The translations under genes and the position numbers were made by a program. A stretch of DNA of 64,000 nt from an uncultured delta proteobacterium (GTDB taxonomy: Bacteria > Desulfobacterota > Desulfobacteria > Desulfobacterales > UBA2156): NCBI GenBank assembly GCA_963736855.1, contig CAVTQK010000020.1:64001-128000 (forward strand), written 5' to 3'. Positions 53,660 through 62,345 of the stretch are shown piece after piece (positions within the stretch are counted from its first letter, which is position 1; each line of letters opens with the position of its first letter). Under the pieces are notes generated by a model. The model saw nothing but the letters and a program-made list of their open reading frames with translations. It was not told where the DNA came from and made no database searches.

Positions 53660-53694
53660 GGTCAGTTTCCTTTTGACGCCTTGTTATAAAACTA

Positions 53695-55413
53695 TCATGG
53701 TTGAATCGGTTTCAAAAGGCAAAACGACCAGGTATTTCCGATTCCTTCTAAATTGTTCACCCAGCCTGAAAACCGATCATTTCGAGCCGCCTCGATTATT
53801 TTGGGAGTATATAAAGGAAGATAAGGAAGATCCTTCATGAGCATTTTCTGCATCTGGCATATCAATTTTTTGCGTTCGTTTTTGTCCATGGTGGAAGCGC
53901 TTAAATCCGAGATCCGGTCAAACTCCGGGTTATGGTATCCGCTCATGTTTTGGTCTCTGGCTTTGTCGTGGCGGGAATGGAAGAAGGTGCGGATCCAGTC
54001 CGGGTCCAGAGAAAGCTGGCCGTAGGCCAGTATAAAGGCATCAAATTCCCTCCGAACTTTGATTTGGTCTACAAGGGATCCGAAAGCCATGGGTTTGGCC
54101 GATACCGGCATCCCAAAACAGCGCAGCCATTCCTGAATAATGGTACCGCTTATGGCCCTTAGGGGATCATAGTCTGCCGGGGGGGTCAGAATCGTAAAGT
54201 TTTGCATGGGCTGCCCTCCTGGAATCCGGATCTCCTCGGCCTGGGTCACCACCCCTGCTTCATTGACCGGCGGAACCTTCCAGGTATATCCCGCATCTTT
54301 TAATAGCTTAAAGGCCTCTTTAACCCGTTGGTCTTGGGAAAGGCCCCCACCCCAGTCCTTATCGGGGCGGCAATGGTAAAATTTATTTCCGGACGGCACC
54401 ACGGTCTCCATCCGCTCCCCCTCTCCCTGGAGGATCCTGGAAATGATAAAGTCTTTGTCGATGAGGGTCGCCACTGCCCTCCTGAGTGCAACATCATCAA
54501 ATGGCGGCTTCTTGAGGTTGAATCCCATGTAGTACATGGCGCTTCTTTCATTTCTAAAAAGCTCGATTTTCGGATCTTTCTTCAGATCCTCAAGGTATCC
54601 GGCCTGCACCGACCACCAGAACATGTCGATATCTCCCTTTTTTAAAGAGAGGATGGCAGCGTCGGAAGTTCCGAAAAATTTAAAGATGATCCCGTCGATA
54701 TAGGGCCCGAGGGTTTTTCCGCAAACCAAAAGGTCTTTGCCGAAAAAATGAGGATTTGGAATCATGAACAGGTAAGCCCCCTCTTTCCATTCCTTGAGCG
54801 AAAATGGCCCGTTTCCAATGGGTTTTTCCACTTTGTGGTTGATCAAGGTGGTCAGAGGCTTTTCGGCGTTTCTGGCTTTTTGAACCACCGGTTCCCACTC
54901 TTTTTTCGAAACGATGGGAGTGGTCAGCGTTCTGGATAAAAAGACGGCCATCGGTTCTTCGAGAACGAAGCGAATGGTCTTAGGACCTAAAACTTCGATG
55001 GCTTTAACGAAGCTCCATCGGTCATAATGCCGGGGTATCTTGAATTCTTTGATCAGGGTTCCCGTGAAGGCCACATCTTCTGCGGTCAATTCGGATCCGT
55101 CCGACCATTTGGCGTTTTTCAGCGTTACCGTATAACTGAGAGTTTCCGAGTCATACTCCGGGAGTTTTTCGGCCAGCCAGGGGATCAAATTGAGGGTTTC
55201 CGGATCCCGGGTGACGAGCCCCTGGTAGATCTCGGAGAGTACGGAGAGGGACCAGCGGTCGCTGGCTAGCCAGATATTCAGCGTTTTAGGTTCCTCGGAA
55301 AGCCCCACCTTGAGATACTGGACCTGTTTTGAAGCTCCGAAACCCACCGTCGACCCAAAGAGGATGGCTGCTATTGCCATTAAAAATAACGGTTTTTTGC
55401 CCATTAATATCAT
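53695..55413 (-). CDS. Peptide ABC transporter substrate-binding protein (SBP family 5)
   Basis: Signal peptide, PWLAE, WSDGSELTAEDVAFT, PIGNGPF, GFNLKKPPFDDVALRRA. Confidence 0.92.
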   Translation of the reverse strand: MILMGKKPLFLMAIAAILFGSTVGFGASKQVQYLKVGLSEEPKTLNIWLASDRWSLSVLSEIYQGLVTRDPETLNLIPWLAEKLPEYDSETLSYTVTLKNAKWSDGSELTAEDVAFTGTLIKEFKIPRHYDRWSFVKAIEVLGPKTIRFVLEEPMAVFLSRTLTTPIVSKKEWEPVVQKARNAEKPLTTLINHKVEKPIGNGPFSLKEWKEGAYLFMIPNPHFFGKDLLVCGKTLGPYIDGIIFKFFGTSDAAILSLKKGDIDMFWWSVQAGYLEDLKKDPKIELFRNERSAMYYMGFNLKKPPFDDVALRRAVATLIDKDFIISRILQGEGERMETVVPSGNKFYHCRPDKDWGGGLSQDQRVKEAFKLLKDAGYTWKVPPVNEAGVVTQAEEIRIPGGQPMQNFTILTPPADYDPLRAISGTIIQEWLRCFGMPVSAKPMAFGSLVDQIKVRREFDAFILAYGQLSLDPDWIRTFFHSRHDKARDQNMSGYHNPEFDRISDLSASTMDKNERKKLICQMQKMLMKDLPYLPLYTPKIIEAARNDRFSGWVNNLEGIGNTWSFCLLKPIQP

Positions 55414-56432
55414 CTTCTTCCCATCCGCTTGTGTGTGTTCTTTCCGGCTTTCATATCCTTGACCCGGTCTTCTATAAAATCGATTACATGAGCTTCCAAA
55501 CGCACATGATTGAGCTGGTTGATCCGGGGGATTCCGCCCGGACTCACGCAGTTAATCTCCACCAGCTTGTCCGCGATAACGTCGATCCCCACGAAGTAGA
55601 GTCCATCGGCAATCAGTTTATTCTTAATCGTTCTACAAATCTCTTTCTCCTGGGGGGTAATCTCATGGCGGTGCGCCTTTGCGCCTGCGTGGATGTTGGT
55701 TCTGAAATCCCCCTTTTTCGGCATTCGTCGCATAGCCCCCAGGATTTCGCCGTTGAGTATGAGGATCCGGACATCCCCCTCTGCTTTGACTTCCTCCAGA
55801 TACTCCTGAACCATAATGGGTTCCCGTTCCGGATAGTCTTTGTATGCGCGGATATAGTAATGAATCAACGAGTTAAGGTTCTCCCGATCCCGGTCGCTGA
55901 CCTTGATCACCCCCTCACCGCCGAATCGCGCCAGCGGCTTGAGTATCATGGCTCCCCCAAATTCATCAATGAGCTTTTTGAGGCGGACCGGATCCCTGGA
56001 GACGTGGGTTTCGGGAATGATATCCGGAAAGTTCAGGGTGTAAAGCTTACTGTTTCCCATGATCTGTCCCAGGATGCTGTTGATGATGAAGACCCGGTTG
56101 CTGACCGGTTGGAGAAATTCCATTACCTGGTAATTGAGAGGTGGATTTTTCCGCAAAAAAAGGGCATCCAGCTCATATAGGGTTTCGAAGATCAGTTCGT
56201 CCTTTTTCAAGCACGTAACCAGCTCCCGCCAGTACCGCTTCATGGTAAGGCCTTTAGAAACGGTGATGTTTCGCATCCTGGCCACTACTTCCTCTTTACG
56301 AATGTAGACGTCGTGAGGCTCCAGGAAGTAGACGCTGTGCCCCCGCTCATTGCATTCATACATGAGATGGCTGGTGGTTTCGTTGATCGGTCGGATCGAC
56401 CCTAATGGATCCATTAGAAACGCGATTTTCAT
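55410..56432 (-). CDS. gshB: Glutathione synthetase-like ATP-grasp ligase
   Basis: KIAFLMDP, FLRKNPP, ILKPL...GGEGV, MVQEYL, GDVRILILNG, DFRTNIHAG, GIDVI...EIN. The family is clear; the product is uncertain. Confidence 0.8.
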   Translation of the reverse strand: MKIAFLMDPLGSIRPINETTSHLMYECNERGHSVYFLEPHDVYIRKEEVVARMRNITVSKGLTMKRYWRELVTCLKKDELIFETLYELDALFLRKNPPLNYQVMEFLQPVSNRVFIINSILGQIMGNSKLYTLNFPDIIPETHVSRDPVRLKKLIDEFGGAMILKPLARFGGEGVIKVSDRDRENLNSLIHYYIRAYKDYPEREPIMVQEYLEEVKAEGDVRILILNGEILGAMRRMPKKGDFRTNIHAGAKAHRHEITPQEKEICRTIKNKLIADGLYFVGIDVIADKLVEINCVSPGGIPRINQLNHVRLEAHVIDFIEDRVKDMKAGKNTHKRMGRR

Positions 56433-56510
56433 CTTCCCTTGTCCTTATGAAAAGGATTTCTGACGTTTTTAGTGCATCTTCCCATAGGAATCAACCCCTT
56501 CGACAAACAT

Positions 56511-59500
56511 TCAGCAAACCCCGACCTTCTCTTGGAGCTTTCGGAGGCGACTGCTGAGAACCTTGCAGATATGAAGGGCGATCTCGGGATACTCCCTGAC
56601 GATTTCCTTGAATTCCTCTTTGTGCAAAAAAAGAAATCGAGAGGGTTGTTCAGTTTTCACCGTCGCCGAACGAACCTGATCCTCGAAAAGAGCCATCTCA
56701 CCGAAATAATCTCCCTGCTTGATCCGATCCAGCTCGAATTCTGTTTCCTTACCGGCATCTTTGATAATGGAAACCGTTCCCTCGACAATCAAATACATGG
56801 TGTCGCCCGGACTTCCCTCTCTGATGACGATGTCACCGGCCGGAAAAGTAACTTCTTCCGTCACCGACGCCACGGCCGCAAGTTCACTCACCGAGAGTCC
56901 TTCGAATATCTCGATCCCTTTCAGATATAAAATTTTATCCGGAATGGTGATCTTTGCTTCCATCTCATTTTCCTTCTCGTCACGATTTTCCCGATGATGA
57001 TACATCACGATGGCGGCCATCTCCCGGATGTGGGGGTTTTCTGAACTCGTAAGCTTTTCGACAGACCCCCATTCCACAGCTTCCGGTGATGATGACTGAA
57101 TCATATACAAAGCCAGAACGACCGACACCCAGTCCTGCTTGTTTAAGAGATATGAAAAAAGAGCCTTTCCATCCGAATCCACTTGAGGAAGCGAAAAATA
57201 TTTCCGTCCGGCAATCAGGCGCAAAGAAAAATCGGTGTCCTCCAAAAGGGGGAGCACGATTTTTGATAAGGATACATCCAGGACGTCTTCCAGGGCCTCC
57301 ATACTGTTGGCGCGTTGTCTCGCATCAGAAGAAAAGACCCCCCGGGTAAGAATCTTCAATTTTCCGGTCGGGTCCTGCAAGGCCAGCACCCTCAGGCAGT
57401 TCTGCAGCCGCACCGTTTTTCCCTGGTCCAGGTGGCGGATCAACAGGTTACGGCCCGGGCTTTCGGTGAGACGTTTGAGGCTTTCGGCTTCCGAAAGGTT
57501 CCGGTAGCCGATCTCTACCTGGTTTCGGACGAACCGGTAGGTGTCGATACTTTTGATATTTAATCTTTGCAAAAGGTCAAAAATTCCTTCCCGGATTCTG
57601 CGTCCGGGCAAGCCCAGATACTCGATGAGGAGTGTTCCGTTGAGATAGTGTGCGGCAGCAATCTTTTCTTTTGCCAACGCATGTATGGCATCGGAAGGAT
57701 CTCCCATGAGGAAAACGGCCTGCCTCAGGGTCTTGTCGTCGCCGATCTCCAGAACTTCCAGGGCTGCGATGCGTGTCTCCTCGACTGGGTTTGACAGATA
57801 GGCAAAAGCGATTCGGTTCAAATCCGGCGCTTCAAGGTTTTTAAGTCCTTTGAGGATATCGGGAATCAGAGGGGCGTTTTCCTCAATTTCCAGAAGACCT
57901 GTCAGGCGCTTTCCGAAGACGGAATCTTTCGATACTCCGGCTGCTATCACCCCCGCCTTTATCGTGTGGATCTCCTTAGAGGAAAGCCAGGCGTCAATCA
58001 CCACCCGGTGTTTTTCAGGAGACTCACGGTACAGCCTTCCCAACACATGGGCCCTCACCCGCAGGTCTGTTGAGGTATTCAGGACTTCCTGCAAAAAGGA
58101 TCGAAATCCCTCGTTTTCCATCTTTCCAGCCGACAGGACCAGCGCTTCCGTCAGGAGAGAATTCTCGGGATGATACATTCTCAAAAACGTCGCTTCAGCC
58201 GAGGGATCGACCTTGGAAGAAAGAAGTTCCAACAGCCCGATTTTAGACTCATCGTCCACACCCTCGATCTTTTTCAAAACCAAAGCATCAAGCTCCTGCG
58301 GGAAAACAGTCTTCAAGAGCCGACCGTACCACAGGGCGTCTTTTCCTTTGGCCGAAAGAAAGGACTTTCCAAGCTGAAGGAGCATCACCTTCTCCCGGAA
58401 CAATCCCTTCACGTCGCTTTCTTCCATGGATTTTAAATCGAGAACGTTTTTTGCCACCAGATTCAAAAGGATGTCCGCATACCGCTTTTTCAGGACAAAA
58501 GGCGCCACGATCCATAGCGCCACAAACGGGAGGGCTACAAGGGAAAGATACCGGGGATGAAACAGGGGTTCGGATAACAGAATCAACCCGGAACCCACGA
58601 ACAGGCCGATTCGAACCGCGGTTCCCCTCAAGAAGGGCCTGACCAGAGGCCGGTAGGATTCCGGAAAAAGCCCCATGAGGATGGCGTTCGCGGGGATATT
58701 GATGGTGGTTCTGAGGATATTGGTCGACATACGGGCATAGATCGCGGAAACCACGTCGAATCGCAAGAGAAACGCGAAAAAGGCCAGCAGGTAGTTAAAG
58801 GGATGAAACATCAGCGCCACGGGAAGACCCCAATGGGCATAGATTCTCCCCACAAATAGAAGAATGACTAGGCTGATGACGTTGAGGAATCCCCTGAAAT
58901 AGCCGAAAAATTGAATCAGGGCACCCTCGTTGGCAAACTGTTCATTGACCACAAAATTGAACTGGTAATTCATGATCGGGATGACCACGTTGGGCATCAG
59001 GGTCAGGGCGATCAATACTTTTAACAAGACAGATTCCTTCAACAAGGGTAGGATGTTCTTGATCTCGTTCAGTGTGGAAGCGCTTTTCTTTCCTTTTTTG
59101 ACTTTTTTTTCTGCTACCAAAAGGGCGGGAAACCGCCTGCTCATCCCTTCGACCACGACTGCGCCTAAAAGACACAATACCAGATAGGCCAGCAGAAGGT
59201 TGTCAAAGGTCAGGATTCTGGCCAGAAAAGGTGTGCCGAAACTGCTGATGATCAGGCCTATGACACCTCCCGCTGTCACCAGAGGGAAGATCCGTTTGGA
59301 CTGCCGGGTATTAAATAGGTCGTTGGCGATGTTCCAAAAAAGGAGGGCCTGCAGCACCTCATACTGGGACTTTAACATGAACAGAATCGGATAGATGAGG
59401 TCAATATCATAAGGAATTAGGGGTCGTATTCCCGCAACCGAAATTCCGCAGAAAACGAAAAGATAAGAAAAGAGTTTTGCATCCTTGAAACGGGTCATGA

Positions 59501-59720
59501 GGGCTGTCAGGATACCCATGACCGCAAAGGTGGCAAAGGCATTGATCATATTTACGATAGGAAGGTATTCGACTCCGTAGCGCTTAAGAAAGGCGGTTTC
59601 CGCATAGTTATCCAGGATCATCCCCGAGCTGCGGACTATAAACAGAAGCGCTACGGTCCACAAAAAGAGGCTGATCTCATTCTCGTAGATCTTCAGCCAT
59701 CGGCTCAGCAGTCGTTTCAT
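56511..59720 (-). CDS. NTT/AAA-like MFS transporter fused to HEAT repeats and a C-terminal cNMP-binding domain
   Basis: About 410 aa of TM helices with AETAFLKRYG and FWNIANDLFNTRQSKRIFP; a helical repeat region; C-terminal GDIVIREG...YFGEMALF...RSATV. Confidence 0.85.
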   Translation of the reverse strand: MKRLLSRWLKIYENEISLFLWTVALLFIVRSSGMILDNYAETAFLKRYGVEYLPIVNMINAFATFAVMGILTALMTRFKDAKLFSYLFVFCGISVAGIRPLIPYDIDLIYPILFMLKSQYEVLQALLFWNIANDLFNTRQSKRIFPLVTAGGVIGLIISSFGTPFLARILTFDNLLLAYLVLCLLGAVVVEGMSRRFPALLVAEKKVKKGKKSASTLNEIKNILPLLKESVLLKVLIALTLMPNVVIPIMNYQFNFVVNEQFANEGALIQFFGYFRGFLNVISLVILLFVGRIYAHWGLPVALMFHPFNYLLAFFAFLLRFDVVSAIYARMSTNILRTTINIPANAILMGLFPESYRPLVRPFLRGTAVRIGLFVGSGLILLSEPLFHPRYLSLVALPFVALWIVAPFVLKKRYADILLNLVAKNVLDLKSMEESDVKGLFREKVMLLQLGKSFLSAKGKDALWYGRLLKTVFPQELDALVLKKIEGVDDESKIGLLELLSSKVDPSAEATFLRMYHPENSLLTEALVLSAGKMENEGFRSFLQEVLNTSTDLRVRAHVLGRLYRESPEKHRVVIDAWLSSKEIHTIKAGVIAAGVSKDSVFGKRLTGLLEIEENAPLIPDILKGLKNLEAPDLNRIAFAYLSNPVEETRIAALEVLEIGDDKTLRQAVFLMGDPSDAIHALAKEKIAAAHYLNGTLLIEYLGLPGRRIREGIFDLLQRLNIKSIDTYRFVRNQVEIGYRNLSEAESLKRLTESPGRNLLIRHLDQGKTVRLQNCLRVLALQDPTGKLKILTRGVFSSDARQRANSMEALEDVLDVSLSKIVLPLLEDTDFSLRLIAGRKYFSLPQVDSDGKALFSYLLNKQDWVSVVLALYMIQSSSPEAVEWGSVEKLTSSENPHIREMAAIVMYHHRENRDEKENEMEAKITIPDKILYLKGIEIFEGLSVSELAAVASVTEEVTFPAGDIVIREGSPGDTMYLIVEGTVSIIKDAGKETEFELDRIKQGDYFGEMALFEDQVRSATVKTEQPSRFLFLHKEEFKEIVREYPEIALHICKVLSSRLRKLQEKVGVC

Positions 59721-59739
59721 CGTCTATCCCAACGTCGAA

Positions 59740-60669
59740 TCATGGACCGTCCGGTTCCTTATCCCAGGTCGAAGGCGGCTCGTCGGGATACAGAAATTTT
59801 TCTCCGGTCGGGCTCCAGACAAGTCTGAACCCGGAGGTATTCAAACGGCTGGCCGGATGCGCATGGGCACGGTTCGCCGACCGGCACAAGTCGGCCGGGC
59901 CAAAAAAACTCCCTCCGCGGCGGACCCTGGCAATACCCGAGCCCGGTCCCTGGGGATCTTTCACCGATCCGGGAAAGTAATCGCCGTACCAATCCTGGCA
60001 CCACTCCCAGACATTACCGTGCATATCAAAAAGCCCCCAGGCGTTGGGGGTATAGCTTTTTACTATGGCCGGACGATTCGGCGGAAATCCTCGGGTTTGG
60101 GAATATCTCATGCAGTCCGTCGCTCCTGCGATGCTGTTGGCAAACATGGCCTCATCACACTTAAGTTCATTTCCCCAGGCAAAGGCGATATGGCTCCCGG
60201 CCCGGGATGCATATTCCCATTGAGCCTCTGTGGGAAGCCGGTATGTACCACGATAGATTTCATTGAGCCGGTTGATGAACCGGGTGCAGTCGAACCAGGA
60301 AACCTTGGTCACCGGCATGTCCGGGGTCCCTTTTTGACGTCCGATCCATGGTTTTCCCATGATCGTCCACCACTGGCCCAGGGTGACCTCCGTGGTCATC
60401 ATATAAAAGGATTCGGAGATTTCAACCGGATGCGGGGTTTCACTTGGAGCGCGATACCCTTCACCAAGCGGGCTTCCCATGGTGAATACCCCGGGATCAA
60501 CGAGAATAAATTCCATACCCAGGGGGTTGACATACCGTTGCTTCGCCTCCGCTTGTATGGGGGTTGCGATAAAAAGCACCAGGGCAACACCCAGGAGTGA
60601 GGTCTTTTTGAATCCGTAAAAGATTATTTTTTTGCTCCGACGGATTGCGGTTTCGTAACGATTGTTCAT
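59740..60669 (-). CDS. Exported FGE-sulfatase/SUMF1-fold protein, probably non-catalytic
   Basis: Signal/TM segment, FTMGS, TEVT, RLPTEAQWEYA, GLFDMHGNVWEW, RGGSF, GFRLV; start ATG overlaps the cyclase stop. Confidence 0.85.
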   Translation of the reverse strand: MNNRYETAIRRSKKIIFYGFKKTSLLGVALVLFIATPIQAEAKQRYVNPLGMEFILVDPGVFTMGSPLGEGYRAPSETPHPVEISESFYMMTTEVTLGQWWTIMGKPWIGRQKGTPDMPVTKVSWFDCTRFINRLNEIYRGTYRLPTEAQWEYASRAGSHIAFAWGNELKCDEAMFANSIAGATDCMRYSQTRGFPPNRPAIVKSYTPNAWGLFDMHGNVWEWCQDWYGDYFPGSVKDPQGPGSGIARVRRGGSFFGPADLCRSANRAHAHPASRLNTSGFRLVWSPTGEKFLYPDEPPSTWDKEPDGP

Positions 60670-62117
60670 GGGGACCCCTCTTTCATCCACCGCTTCAATA
60701 AAACTTTATCAGATGGCTGAATGGCCGTAATTCTCAGTCGAACTACGTGTTTTTCCCCATTTTTTTCGATTTCCATCACCTTTGCGTAGATGTCCCCGAA
60801 GCAATGGGCCTCCTGGCAAAAATCGAATTTTAACTTGACATCCGTCAGCGCGTCCACGGCCTTTGCAATCTCTGCGACCATAAAGCTTTCCCCGACCTTG
60901 AGTGTTTCCCCCTGAATTTTTTCATCCAATACGCGCTTGCCGTCCACTGGACACAGGATAAAGGGGAGGGACATTGTCACACCTTCTTTTTCATCGGCCT
61001 GCGGATTGAGTTTTAAATTATAGGGAGGGCCTATCTCGGTGACCGAAAAATAGACCAAGGGACGCCTCAATCCTTTCATCATCACGGTGTGGCTAGCTTC
61101 AATGGTGACCCGATCCTTAAGGGCCTGATATGTGGATTCGCCGATGAGCACCTGACCCCCTATGGTATTTGATTCGATCCGGGCTGCAGTGTTTACCGCC
61201 GCCCCAACGATCCCGTATTTTAAGCGCATTTCCGATCCGATGTTCCCGACAATGACGGGCCCGGTGTTGATGCCGATCCCCATCTCGAGGGGTGGATACT
61301 CCTCTCCGACGATATTCTTGTCCAGGTCCTCCATGGCGTTCTGCATGGAAATACCGCATGCCACGGCGCGGAGCGCATCGTCATTGCGCCTCTCGGGGAT
61401 TCCGAAGACTGTCAGAATCGCATCTCCGATGAATTCGTCGATCATGCCGTCGTATTCCAGAATAATTTCGGACATGCGTCCCAGATAGCGATTGAGGAGT
61501 CGCACCATTTCCTCGGGATCCCGGGTGTCGGAAAGGCCGGTAAACCCTCGCAAGTCAGACATGAGGATCGTTACCTGCTGGCGCCGGCCGCCGATCTTTC
61601 GGCCTTCCGGCGACTCGAGAATCTCGTCCACCACCTTTTTGGACAGGTATCGGCCGAAGGTTTCCCGAATGAAATTCACGAGGCGAAGACGCTCTTCCGA
61701 TACCCTGAAGATTTCTTCCAGCATATGCTTGCGGGTGGAAGAAATCTCCCGGATCTCCTTGGGCGTGCCCTCAGGAAGGACCACATCCCTAGCGGATGCA
61801 CCCCCTTCCTGGATCCGACGGTTGGCTTCCACGATGGCTTCCAATGGTAAAATGACTTTTCGCGTCAAGAAGCCCCGAAAAGTCACCAGAACAAAACCAA
61901 CGATAATGCTGATGAGGATGAGAATACGAACCGCGTACCAGAAAAGTGCGTTCCATGAATCATGCTGACCGGTAATAAAGCTGTATAGGAGAGACCAGAC
62001 CATGAGGATCCCCTCGATGACGAGGATACGCCAGAAGATTCCTCTAACTAAAACCCTCCTGACGCTGTCGGCATTCTCTCCATCGGGAAACAGTGAAAAA
62101 AGCTTCCCGGGACCCAT
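60666..62117 (-). CDS. Membrane-anchored class III nucleotidyl cyclase (2 TM, HAMP-like linker, cyclase domain, C-terminal beta domain)
   Basis: SDLRGFT, IDEFIGDA, GIGINTG, GNIGS, KYGIVGAAVNTAARIE. Confidence 0.92.
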   Translation of the reverse strand: MGPGKLFSLFPDGENADSVRRVLVRGIFWRILVIEGILMVWSLLYSFITGQHDSWNALFWYAVRILILISIIVGFVLVTFRGFLTRKVILPLEAIVEANRRIQEGGASARDVVLPEGTPKEIREISSTRKHMLEEIFRVSEERLRLVNFIRETFGRYLSKKVVDEILESPEGRKIGGRRQQVTILMSDLRGFTGLSDTRDPEEMVRLLNRYLGRMSEIILEYDGMIDEFIGDAILTVFGIPERRNDDALRAVACGISMQNAMEDLDKNIVGEEYPPLEMGIGINTGPVIVGNIGSEMRLKYGIVGAAVNTAARIESNTIGGQVLIGESTYQALKDRVTIEASHTVMMKGLRRPLVYFSVTEIGPPYNLKLNPQADEKEGVTMSLPFILCPVDGKRVLDEKIQGETLKVGESFMVAEIAKAVDALTDVKLKFDFCQEAHCFGDIYAKVMEIEKNGEKHVVRLRITAIQPSDKVLLKRWMKEGSP

Positions 62118-62267
62118 CGTTTTTCTCCTTTAAAAACGTTTATGCCGGCGATAATCGATTCGAAATAACAGATTTCCATATCACAAGGAACATTCGAATC
62201 CAACAAGGTTTTCTCTTCGGCAGTTCGGGGAAGCATCAGGTTTGTACCCGCCGAAACCGATTGTTTG

Positions 62268-62296
62268 TTGACACATGCAAATGTTTTTTCTATTTT
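62268..62296 (+). promoter_or_regulatory. Putative sigma-70 promoter for the GNAT fusion gene
   Basis: TTGACA-N17-TATTTT, about 50 bp upstream of ATG 62346. Confidence 0.5.
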
Positions 62297-62345
62297 TTAA
62301 TTCAAAGAAACCATTCTTCCGTTGCATACCATCGATTCTTTGCCT

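Noticed and set aside
59740..60000. FGE/CLec-fold gene as a diversity-generating retroelement target
   Set aside because: No template repeat differing at adenines and no reverse transcriptase seen in the window.
56511..62117. Cyclase plus cNMP-domain membrane protein as a Pycsar/CBASS-type anti-phage system
   Set aside because: The cyclase is a TM/HAMP-type sensory enzyme with a purine-type signature, the partner is a full transporter, and the context is peptide transport rather than a defence island. Not fully excluded without an assay.
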